In this document: positions 11,365-22,068 of the stretch, in pieces
How positions within the stretch are numbered: position 1 is the stretch's first letter
Layout of the letters: each line of letters begins with the position of its first letter
NCBI RefSeq assembly: GCF_000372725.1
Contig: NW_005202176.1
Coordinates: 291,152-355,151 of the forward strand
Reading direction: 5' to 3'
DNA: 64,000 nucleotides
DNA from: Emiliania huxleyi CCMP1516
Lineage: Eukaryota
Program-made: the position numbers and the translations under genes
Notes under the pieces: model-generated
The model's input: only the letters and a program-made list of their open reading frames with translations
Told to the model about the DNA's origin: nothing
The model's database searches: none

Positions 11365-12014
11365 GGGGGGGGTGCCGAGAAGGCTTCGAGTTGGACGTTC
11401 ACGTTGGAGACATGTGTCTCCAAACTGTGCGACAAACTGTGGCGCCCGCCGCCGATACGATTGTTATTTTTTTTCAGGAATGGCCGCTGAGAGGGGCTGG
11501 CTCCTAGCCCGAGAGGAGAGCTTCCGAGACCCACTACAAGACCACGCACGCATCATCCCGCGGCCTGGCGGTCGGCGGGATTGCAATCAGTCTTCGCGTG
11601 CTGCCTGTCGTTCGCTCGGGCGCCTTGGGCGTCGGGGTGGGGAGCAGGGGACGCGGCTCTGAGCGCCCAGCGACGCGTGCCGGATGGAGTCCGGCCGCGG
11701 GTGACTAGGGAAGTTCGCTCAGGATGTGTGGCAGTCAGTTTGGCTGAGTGTCTTGTCTTGTGGTTCTGTGTGTCGCTCCTGTGTGACCGTCATCGCCCGT
11801 CCTGCGTCCACCCATACCGCGTTGGTGTCCCAGTCGTTGGTCGGACTGTGTTTCGCCTTCCCATCAATCAATCGGCCGCTGCGTGCTGCACGCCCTGCGA
11901 GCGGGGCGGGGTGCGCACTGTCCCTCTGTGTTCGTGTCAAAAATCTCAAGAAAATAATATTTCTCGTACATGGCGGCCTGGAGCGCGTCCTACTCCGACG
12001 GGTGCACCACCACA

Positions 12015-12874
12015 TCATTCCTCCTCCGCCGCGGACTCGGGCTGCGCCTCCGGTTCCACGGGCTCCGCAGCTGCCCCAACCTCATCTTCCACCCCAGCCT
12101 CCTCCAGCTCTGCTGCTGTCTGCGCCTCTGGCTCCCCACTCTCCATCTCGGCCCCCGGCGGAGGCCCCTTCGCCACCGGCTGCGCCTCATCCCCGTCTAC
12201 AGTAGGCTCTTCACCGTCTGCGGCCTCCGTTACCGTTGCTGTTGCCTCTTGTGCCCCCTCTACAGCCACCTCCACACCTGGCTCTGCCGAGGCTGGCGCC
12301 TCCGCTTCCTCTGCACCAGCCGCTTCGTCCTTCGCCATTACTAGCTGCCCTTCTCGCCCATCCTCCGCCTCCGCCTCCACCTCCGCCTCTGCCTCTGCCT
12401 TGCTCTCGGCCACAGCCTCTTTCTCCTCCGCCTCGTTCTCCTCCGCAGGCGTGACCGGCTCGACCCCAGCCGCCGTTTGCGTCGAGGGAAACATGGTCTC
12501 TGAGGACTGTTTGGCCACCGTGTGCGCTGCCAGGCGATCCCGCGCTTGTGCATTGTGCCGTGGGTTGTTCCTATAGTTGTCAACGACAGCTTAAGGGGGG
12601 GCGGCATGCCACGGCCTGGCAGTGAGCGGCCGTACCGCATAAGCCACTGAGCCAGGAGGGTCAATGGCTCGAGATGCTCTCCCTCCTCGGTTGCTTTGGT
12701 ACATGCCTGCGGGAGCGGGAGAGGCCTGGAAGGGGGTGGGGGTGTGCGCAAGGGCAGACACCGCAGCGTCACCCGAAGCATCTCCTCCACGCCACACTCA
12801 AGGGAAGGAAGCAGCAACGTGCGCTCGAGGTACACACGCGCTGACTCGGCCAAGGGTGGCTGTAGGTCGGCCAT
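12015..12874 (-). CDS. Dpy-30 motif protein with acidic Glu/Ala-rich tail
   Basis: Exons 12874-12773, 12706-12636, 12570-12015 joined by GT-AG introns give ARVYLERTLLLPSLECGVEEMLR...EPLTLLAQWLMRNNPR. Confidence 0.7.
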
Positions 12875-13560
12875 CCTGCCAAGTGAAACGGCGCATCGCA
12901 TGGTTTCTTCTTTCTTCCCACCACAAAACTCGAATCCGGCGAAGCCTCTGTGATTTTGTGTCTCAGATCGCAAACCCTGTCAGTCAGCAGTCCACCGTCA
13001 GGTACGTTCGTAAGAGCTACACAGTCAACATTCTTCTGAAGCTGACCCCCAAACTCGCCGCTTTCCTCCCGCTGTGATTCTGTGTGGGCTCTGTGTCTTG
13101 ATTTGCCAACAATATACCTAAGACCCCCAAACCGTCCGTCCTGTTAGCATCTGTTATTGCATCCGTCATCAAATTTTAGATGGCGATCCCAGTAACAGGC
13201 CGAAGCCGTCACTGGCCGTCGGGGACGCACGCACGCAGTACTGCAGTAGTGCTCCAGCTCGTGTTCACCGCACAAAGCAGACAGTGTAACTATGGCAGGC
13301 TACAAGGAGATTGGGGATGGGCCCGCTGCCGGTTCCGGGGTGGGCGCCGAGCTTGTGCCAAACTCAAAGGGCTGGACGACAGCCGAGGCGCGTGCGCAAT
13401 ATCACACGCCTGCGGCATAGCCACGGGAGTTAGCCAGCTATGGTAGTATGCTAGCGACCGCTCGTAAGCTGGCCGATTGCCGAATTACGAAGGAGCGGCC
13501 GAGACTGGTAGTTGGGGGCAGAGCGTCCTGAGTTGTGCCGCCGCCGCGACCGTGCCGCAG

Positions 13561-14650
13561 GCTAAGAAGCAGGAGGCAGTGTGGGGGCGCAACGAGATCC
13601 CCGAGGAGAAGGAGCCGCTGTGGAGGATGTTTGCAATGCAGTTTGTCGGCACGATGCCTGCCATGGCGCGTGCCCCGCCCATACCACCGACAGGGCCGCC
13701 TCAACAGAAAACTGACCCCCGACGACCTGTGCGGGGCAGATTGAGATCGCTGGCCTCCTCGCCTTCCTGCTCAAGTCATACGTCGACTTTTGGATCATTC
13801 TCGCGCTGCTGATGACCAACGCTACGCTCGGTTTTATTGAGGAGATGAACGCGCAAGCCTCCATTTCTGCTCTCAAGGATGGCATGATTCGCAAGCTGCC
13901 GGTGAGCCTCCCCCTGCCACCTCGACCAAGCACCGAGAAGGCCAGAGCGATACTTGTACTTGTCCTGTGGCGTCGCAGGTCAAACGCGACGGAAACTTTA
14001 CGCCGCTCGACATTGCTGAGTTGGTGCCTGGCGATGTCGTCTTCTTGCGCGGCGGGAACGTGGTGCCGGCCGACTGCAAGTGGTTGGAAGGTGTCCACGC
14101 CTGTCTCTCTCGGGACACTGCCAGGAGGTATCTCGTTCTGAGTCTTTCTATCCCGGGATAGGCGACGAGCTGGAGGTCGACCAGGCGGCGCTGACCGGCG
14201 AGTCGCTGCCGGTGCAGGTGCCGCGTGAGGACTCCGACGGCGAGCCCGGCTCGGGCAAGAAGCTGTGGTCAGGGTCGGTGCTGAAGACTGGCGAGGCGGA
14301 GTGCTTTGTGACGGAGACAGGTGTCCACACGATGATTGGCGAGGCCGCCAAGGCGATCCAGGAGTCGGGCGGCAAGCATGTTGGTGTCTTCGAGGGCAAG
14401 ATTATCCTTGCCGGCCGCGTGCTCATCGTGCTGACGCTGATCGCCGTCGGCTCGCTGCTCGTGTACCAGGTTGGCATCCGCGGTGTGCCGCTCGAGGAGG
14501 TGCTCGAGATGTCGCTCTCGCTCGTCATCGCGTCGGTGCCCATCGCGCTGCCCATGGTGATGAAGGTCACCCTCGCTGTCGGCGCCAAGGAGATGGCCAA
14601 GGAGGGTGGCATCGTCACCCACCTGACCGCGCTTGAGGAGATCGCCTCCA
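13561..14650 (+). pseudogene. Fragment of plasma-membrane-type P3A H+-ATPase, truncated just before the DKTGT phosphorylation motif
   Basis: Four exons: WGRNEIPEEKEPLW, ELVPGDVVFLRGGNVVPADC, VDQAALTGESLPV, IASVPIALPMVMKVTLAVGAKEMAKEGGIVTHLTALEEIAS, then abrupt switch to non-coding repeat; no 5' start exon seen. Confidence 0.85.
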
Positions 14651-15776
14651 ATCGCGTGTTGCCGTCCTCCCATCCCTCCCTTGGCGTGTCTGTTTTGTTT
14701 CTTTCTTTTCTTTGTTGACCTGCTGTCAAGCTCCTGCGTCCTGCACCCCGGACCATGCCATCCTGCTGTCCTCTCTTCCCGGCGAACCGGCATGGTTTTT
14801 TTTTTCTGACGTGACTTGAGTGAGTGCTCGGGGCGTCACCATTCCAGCGGGGATGATCTCGCCCACTGGCAGCCTCTTGCAGCCAAGTGGCCAGCTGGGG
14901 CAATCTGTGTTCGGGCCAGTCGTTCCGCCCGCCTCGCCCAAGAAGCTCGCCTGGCTGGCCGCTCATCACTGGAGCCACGCCGACGACCTCAAGCGGTGCA
15001 TGCGCGGAGAGTCATCGGAGGACGAGGGCGGCGAGAGCCCACGCAAGCGCAGCAAGCATGGAAAACGCAAGAAGCAGAGGGACAAGAAGAAGGACAAGGA
15101 GGACAAGGAGGACTCCCCCAAGTCTGTCATTCCCGCAGTGACGCCGCAGCTGTCTCCGCGCCTCGCAAACTGCCGCACCCTCCCCGGCTGCTACCGCTCC
15201 GCGGGGCTGCCCGAGGCGACCTGCAACGGCGCGCCGCTCATGCCAGGCCTCAACCTGTCGCCGCGGAGGGGCGGAAAACTGCCCGTCGCATCTCCGTCTC
15301 GAGCGGGGCTGGTGACGACTGGAAGGTACCCGCCACAGTTCCGCCTCGACTCGGGCTGGCCGTGAGAGCCCTGGCGCGCACTCGGGCGTGAGATGCCTGC
15401 CGCCCGGCGGCGAGAGCCCGATGCGGGGTCAAGTAGGGCCCTAGCTGGCGGCGTGGGAGGACGACGACGGATGTGCAATACGTTCGCGGGAGAGGCGGAT
15501 GACCGATGGTCGCTGTTGGTGGGGTGGTCTCGAGTGGGGTGGTGTTCAGAGGGTCGCCCATGGGGCACGGTGTTCGTTAGACGGCCCGACTGAGGATTGT
15601 GCAAAAACGCGAACGGGTTGGCAGATCGTTGCATGTTTTGGGCAGGTTTTGGGGTTCGTGGACGTGGTTCACCACTCTGGAGAGAGCCACGCTGGCGCCG
15701 AACCTGACCTGTCGGACCTTAAAAGAGCGCAGTCTAGCGCCTGTGGCCGAAAGGTTTTGTTCTTTTCACAGCATCG

Positions 15777-16113
15777 ACCTGCTGCTCCACGAGACGTTCG
15801 GCGGCGGCTTCTCGCCCACCGGCACCGCCGTTCTCAAGCTGCGCCGCCTCGCGCGCAAAGTTGCGCGCGGCAGCGTTGACCGCACGGCCTACTCGCCCAA
15901 GTACTCGCTCTCTTTTATGTCCCACCATGCAGAGCGCATCTCTCTCTCTGTTGTGCGAGGCGTGAACCGCGCCATTCGCTCTCACTCACCTGGCAACCCT
16001 GTCTGCACGTCTCGCGCGCGCGTGAACAGGGCTCCAGGCCCCAAATGACGTGTGAGTGTTAGAGTTGTTTGGTATTGAACCTCTCTTTAAGGTATTGCTA
16101 AAAATCTCTCTCT
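15777..16113 (+). mobile_element. Severely 5'-truncated copy of the CRE-like non-LTR retrotransposon at 48136-50117
   Basis: Near-identical to the reverse complement of ~48136-48443 (LLLHETFGGGFSP...; 3' end GCTAAAAATCTCTCTCT); flanked by CAGCATCG and CAGCTTCG. Confidence 0.9.
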
Positions 16114-16172
16114 CAGCTTCGCGGCTCGAGGAGTCTCGAGCTTCAGCTGGGCGAATCATCCAGAGACTCTAA

Positions 16173-16955
16173 ATGGCTCCAGACCGCGAAACACACACGT
16201 CGAGCCACCGCGAAGCCATGGCAATGCACCGGCTCGCTCACTTCTCCGCCGATCGCTCTCCGATGACCCCTACCGACCGCATTGCCTCCGCGGCACAGCG
16301 GCTTGCGCACGACTCCGCTGCAGTCGACACGCTCGAGGCCTCCTTCACGAAGCTGCTCAAGGAGCCACACCGCGAGCGTTTCCGCAAGGTCAACTTGAGG
16401 AGCCCTGCGATGCAGCGCGTCGCGGCAGTCGGCGGTGCGATGGAGATCCTGCACGCGACTGGCTGGGAGCACGCTCCGCACGGCCACCTCCTACTCAACA
16501 CGTTGGAGCCTCGGCTGATTGAGGCGGCGACCGCGGCTTTGCAAAAGGTTCAGGCGAGCCATCCGGGCTACCTTCGGGATCGCGAAGGCCGCAGAGCGGG
16601 CGCTGCGCGCGCCCGCGAGAGCGCGGAGGCCGCAGCGGCCGACCTGGCTCGCCGCCAGCACTTTGCCAGCATGCTTCCGGCGGAACCGGCTGAGGGCGCT
16701 GCGGGCGCGGCGGCCATCTGCGTACACCTGGGCGGCGAGAAGAAGGTTTGGCGGCGCTTCGACAGCAACATCGACACGCTGAAGGATCTCGTCCATTGGG
16801 TCTCCTCGCTCGAGGGCGCCCCTCCCTCCCCGCGGCTCGTGAATGTCACGCAGAGCCCGTCGCTGCCTCTCGACAAGGAGCGGCAGGCGGGCCTCTCGCT
16901 GCACCACCTGGACCTCTGGCCGTGCGGGCACGTGAAACTGGTGGAGTGCGCCTGA
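16173..16955 (+). CDS. PUB domain + UBX-like domain protein (p97/Cdc48 cofactor-like)
   Basis: LLKEPHRERFRKVNLRSPAMQRVAAVGGAMEILHATGW (PUB); EPAEG...VWRRFDS...TLKDLVHWV...SLHHLDLWP (UBX-like). Confidence 0.8.
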   Translation: MAPDRETHTSSHREAMAMHRLAHFSADRSPMTPTDRIASAAQRLAHDSAAVDTLEASFTKLLKEPHRERFRKVNLRSPAMQRVAAVGGAMEILHATGWEHAPHGHLLLNTLEPRLIEAATAALQKVQASHPGYLRDREGRRAGAARARESAEAAAADLARRQHFASMLPAEPAEGAAGAAAICVHLGGEKKVWRRFDSNIDTLKDLVHWVSSLEGAPPSPRLVNVTQSPSLPLDKERQAGLSLHHLDLWPCGHVKLVECA

Positions 16956-17312
16956 TGGCGTTCCGATCCGATCGTCGCAGACAAAGAGTAGTAAGTGGTC
17001 TTTCCGCGTTATGTGGGCTGTGAGTTCTTGTGTCCCTCGAGGGTCGCGGCCCGCAGGCAGATTTGTATCCCGAGTCGGCCCGCCGAACCTGTAGGGCCTG
17101 AAGGCTTCGTGCACTGTGGTCTGTTCCACCAACTAGAATTTGCGGGCCAGAATCAGTTTAAGGGGGAGGGACGCACGGCGCAGGACCAGGAGGCAGGACG
17201 CCAATTTTAAGTGTACGGGGTGGCTCTCACGAACATATACAAGCTGGACTGTTGACAAGATTTTGCCTCCCGGACTTGATATGTACGTGACCGGGTTTTT
17301 CTTCTTCAGCCT

Positions 17313-17841
17313 GCACCCGAGGGTTTTACCAAGCTGCCAACCCTATTCACCCACTCCGGGCCCTGGGCTGGTTGGTTGGTCCCGCACTCTGCGCACTCCA
17401 GGCCTCCAGATGTTGGTTGGTTAACGGGCGGCCACGCCGTAACGGTCGTAACGGCGCCTTCCCCTGGCACCCCAGCGCGTCTAACAGGCCACTGTGACCC
17501 TCGTGACGCAATTTCAGGAGATGGACAGTGGTGAGAAGATGGATCTGGGAGCCTGAAGAGACGTGAAATAGCCCATTTTGACCCATTTTGATGTCCTCGT
17601 GTTGAATACGCGGAGCGAAGAAATTATTGACCCGTGGGCGACCCTGGCAGGACCCTGGCCGGCCCAGGAGGTTGGATGGCTGGTCCCGCACTTCGCGCAC
17701 TCGGGCCCGGAAACAGTTGGTTGGCTGGTGGGGTCTTTTGCGCAGTGTGCGTGAATAGGGTTGTCTGTGCTTGTGCGTCTTGGGTCCGGAGTTGTGCGTT
17801 TATGTGAATAGGGTTGGCAGCTTGGTAAAACCCTTCGGTGC
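17313..17841. mobile_element. MITE-like non-autonomous element with terminal inverted repeats
   Basis: AGGGTTTTACCAAGCTGCCAACCCTATTCAC (17320-17350) is perfectly inverted at 17804-17834, extendable imperfectly to GCACC; no TSD identified. Confidence 0.7.
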
Positions 17842-17908
17842 TGGGGCCTCCTCGGCTCGGCGCACTGTACCCCGAGGAAGGGCCGCCTCCACGGCCGCCT
17901 CCCCGCGC

Positions 17909-20129
17909 ATGGAAATCGGCTCCGCGTACGGTCGCCTGTGGTCGATACAGCAGCTGTGTCCATTCGCCGACGCTGGCCTCAACGCGCTCGGCCTCCTCGG
18001 CGCCGCCGGCGCCGTCGACGCTCGACCAATCCTCTCGGACGGCGATTTCTACGTCCGTCTTCCGCTCTGCCTGCTCACCCTCTTCTACCCTACGCGCAAC
18101 GCGCTCCTCCTGGCGCACGTGGTGAACCTGGCGGCCTTCTGTGCGTGGACGCCCTTCGTCTGGGACCATCAGTATTGGGGTGCCGCGACGGAGGCCACGT
18201 TTGTGCTCCTCTCCATGCGCAGCGAGAGCGACTTTGTGGGCGCCGCTCGCGCACAGACGGCCTCACTCTACCTGGTTGCAGCCTTCTGGAAGCTCACCAC
18301 CTCGTTCCTCGACTACCGGACCAGCTGCGCGACCGTCCTCGTCGCAGAGGCGCTTACCCCTGTCCTTCTCGCAGCGCTCCGCTCGGCAGCCTCGCTCAGT
18401 CTCACCTACGCTACAGGCGCTCGTCGCGCTGCCCAAGCTGCTCCAGGCCGTTGCCTCCTCGGCCGCCGAAACCATCTTCGTCGCGGCGCCGGCTCTGACC
18501 TTGGTGATAGAGTTCGCCGTCGGCCCTCTCCTCGTGATGTCGCCGCGCCTCGGCTTCCCTCTCCTCTCGCCCCGCACCGCCGCACCCGCCCCTCCCCCCA
18601 CGCGAGTCCGCTCGCACACAGGCGTGCTACTCGGCCTCTCCTTCCACCTCGTGGTCGCCACCCTCCCCCTCAACTACGCGTGCGGGTCTGCCTCCGCAGC
18701 CCGCCCTCACAGCCCCCCCCCCCCCCCCACTCCGGCCACACACACAGGTTCTCCGTCAACTGCATCGTCCGCTACGGCCTCTTCATGCCACACCACGTCG
18801 CCGCGGCTCTACGGGAGGCCGCGTCGCTGGGGACTTGGACGGCAGTGCACGCCGCCGCCGTCGGCATCGCCGTGATTGGGTGCCGCCACCGCCCTGCTCC
18901 GCCCTCCCCTCGCTCCTCTAGCCAACACGCTTCTCCTCCGCCGCCGCCCCGACCGTGCAAGCAGGTGCCGCCACCTTCACGGCGGCATCGACACGCACTT
19001 TGTCGCGTGCGTGTGGCTTGCGGTCGTGTACGTGCGCTCGATGCTGATGACTTTGGGGCGCGAGCGGCAGGGAGGCGGCGACGCAGGCAGCACCTGGCAG
19101 CAGGCGTGGGACATGATCGACAGCGCCTGGGTCTTTTGCAGCCGCCACATCATCGTCGTCTCCAAGGATGCGATGCTGTCCCAGGACCAGCGCCGCCGGC
19201 TCAAGGAGATCGAGGCGGAGGAGAAGGCCGCCCTCCAGCAGGAGACCGCCCTCCCATCCACCCTCCTGCCACCGACCGGTCCCACGCCCCACACCCCGCC
19301 TCCCGCGTCCCGGCAGGTCAAGGCTGGCTTCAGCGCGCGCCGTGTCGCCATGGGCGCCTCCGCGCCAACCTGGCTCGTCGCTGCGGTGACGGGACTGACG
19401 CTGCTGTGGGGCGTGGCGCCGGCCGTGCTCGGCCTGCAAAACATGTCTGCCCTCACAATGTACGGGAACGTCAAGCACTGGGGCGGGTCAAACCACCTTC
19501 TCGTCCCGACCGGCCTCCTCCACCGCGCCGACGGGGCGGCGGGCGGCCTCGGCTCGCGGCTCTCGCTCGCGCTCGGCAACGACACACTCGTCCGCGTCGA
19601 GTCGACCGACTCTCGCCTCCTCGCCAGCCTCTCGCCGGCCGACTCGACGGACCAGCTGCCTCCGCGCGCGAGGCGGCTGATGCGGGCCGCCGGCGCGTCT
19701 GGCCGCTACTTTGGTGCCTACTACAGCCGGATGTACCACGGAGAGGGGCGCGGCGTGTGGCCGATCGGGGGCAACAACGAGTCGCCCGCACCCTACGCGC
19801 TGACTGCGTACGAGCTCTCCCGCCTCCTTGCCATGGCGCGCGAGCACGGCGAGCCCTTCTCCGTCCGGCTGACTCTGCTGCCGTTCCGCGCGTCTGCGCC
19901 CTCCTCGCCCGCGCAGTGGCGCGACTTTGACGGCCGCCAAGTGATCTTCTCGGAGGAGCCGGGAGCGAACCGGCGCAGCTGCGCCACTGTCGACGGCTCC
20001 CCGTGCAACGCGGCCGAGCAGACGCTGGCGGACGCGCCCGCGCCGCCTCGCTGGCTGCGGCGATTGCTGATGCAGTACCCAGTCCCGCTCCTACCGGATT
20101 CGGAGGGCGAGATCCACTGCAGTGCGTGA
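17909..20129 (+). CDS. Multi-exon polytopic membrane protein, HTTM-like
   Basis: PFVWDHQYW, LYLVAAFWKLTTSFLDYRTSCA, LTMYGNVKHWGGSNHLLVPTGLL; several short introns; exon boundaries only partly resolved. Confidence 0.6.
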
Positions 20130-20708
20130 GCGGGATGTGCTTTGGTGCTCTTGCTGTGGGTGTGGCGGTGTGTTCGTCGAGAGTGGGAGGTTGTCTCGAT
20201 GTAAGCGGGGGTCTATTGCGACGTCTTGGCGTCGCCCGTGTCCGCGTTGTATTTTATTGTATTTCTTTCGCGCAGAAGCACCGAGGACCTGTGTCGACAG
20301 GGGCGGCTACCCAGGCGCCAGGGGCCCACAGCGCCGCGCCGCGGTCGCGGCTCTCGTCGGCGCGCAGGGGGCTGCTTTTATGTGGACATTTCAAATTGCG
20401 GTCGCGCTTTTGGGGAGGTTGTTGTGGTATGTATGTGGAACGGAGCACACGGTTCGGGAGCAGCCGGGAGAATTCTTTTTGACGCGCCAGTCTGCACCTG
20501 TGTCGAGCCTGTCTGCTGTGAAGTGTGATGAGTGATGAAGAGAGAGTCGAATTTCTGATTTTTAGTGTCGTGCGAGCGTGCGAGGGAGTTTTGTTGTAAA
20601 ATTCTGATTTTTTCTCGCCAGTCCCGTGCCCGGGGTCGTGCACTTGGAGCGAGGGAGTTTTGTTGTGAAATTCTGATTTTTTCCCAGTCGACGGTTTCAC
20701 CTCCCCAC

Positions 20709-21562
20709 ATGGCGGAGGAAGAGAGCGCGTGCTACTCATACAGCGGCCCGCGCGAGGAAGGAGCGGTCGTCAGCATATCGGTGGAGGTCGAGGGTGCAGA
20801 GGCTGCTGCAGAAGGGGAGGAGGGGGAGCCGTCGGTCACCACAAAGTCGCGGGAGCTGACGTTGCTGGGCGCCCGGTCAACGGAAGACTCTGCCGAGGTG
20901 TCAGGAATAGGGTAGATGCGTCGCCAATGGAGTTTTGCCCTCACTAGTCCCTGCGAACGTAGTTGGGCAGCGCGACCTACCCCAACGGCGACGCTTACGA
21001 GGGAGGGTTCCTCAAGGGCGACCGGCACCATCAGGGCAAATACACGTACAGTGGTGGTGCGCCCGATCCCGAGGGGGGAGAGGCGCGACCGCCACGTGCA
21101 GTCTACGAAGGCCTTTTCGAGCGCGGGGTCAAGTCGGGGGTCGGAGAAATGACCTATGCCGACTCGTCCAGGCGAGCAGCTCTGCGAAAGAGTCTTCTCA
21201 TGCAGTCGCCACGATCCACAAATCCTTTGCTCATGCCCAGGTACCACGGAGAGTTCAAGGATGGCCTGCGCGGTGGGAGCGGCACTATGTACTATGCCAG
21301 CGGCGATACCTACTCCGGGCAGTGGAGCGGTGGCCTGAAGCAGGGGGAGGGCACATACGTCTATTCCTCGGGCGCGACCCTGACGGGCACCTGGCGGGGA
21401 GGTATGATTGAGGTGGGCAGCTTCACCGACATGCACGGCAGCACCTTCAAGGGGTCGTTCTCCGGCGCCACGACGGCGCCCGCGTACGGCGAGGGCACGC
21501 TGACGATGCCGAGCGGCAATGCCATCCCGGTGGCGCGTGAGGGCGAGTTTATGAGTCTGTGA
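20709..21562 (+). CDS. MORN-repeat protein (radial spoke head 1-like)
   Basis: YEGGFLKGDRHHQGKYTY, YHGEFKDGLRGGSGTMYY, YSGQWSGGLKQGEGTYVY; introns 20898-20962 (GT-AG) and 21172-21240 (GC-AG). Confidence 0.8.
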
Positions 21563-21959
21563 GTGAGCGTAGCCGCTTGAAGCGTATTGCAATAGGATGT
21601 ATTGCAATATTATCTTGGTCGCTCGGATGAAATCGGGGCCTTGGAGCACTTGAGGGAACGGGAGCGGGGAGCGCATCGCGATACGGAGAGGGCAGGGGGG
21701 CTGGGCAGGATTCGCCTAGGGATTCACCCGCATACGACAGTGCGCAGGTCTCCACGCAGATAGGGATTCCTCTCTCGTATGTGGCTATATGGTCCATTGC
21801 GCTTTGTGCACTGGCGACGCTGCTGCGATGGGAGACTGTAGCCCTTAGCTGCTGCACAGCACCTTTGTGCAGTGGCAATGTCCACTGACCCATGGGGCAC
21901 CAGCCTTGTGGCTTGTGGTTGTGCCATGAGCGCTGTGGTCGGTGACGCTGCTGCATAAT

Positions 21960-22068
21960 TATGTGCATGTGCATGTGACATGTGCATGTGCATGTGCATG
22001 TGCATGTGCATGCACAAGCACATGCACATGACATGTGCATGTGCATGTTCATGTTGTGCATGTGCATG
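21960..22068. repeat. (TGCATG)n microsatellite
   Basis: Directly visible imperfect hexamer tract. Confidence 0.9.

Noticed and set aside
14820..15365. Lys-rich ORF downstream of the ATPase fragment
   Set aside because: Low complexity, no credible start or domain; probably chimeric debris.
20550..20682. Duplicated ~32 bp motif GAGGGAGTTTTGTTGTRAAATTCTGATTTTTT before the MORN gene
   Set aside because: Real direct repeat, but a promoter element cannot be distinguished from transposon debris; not called.
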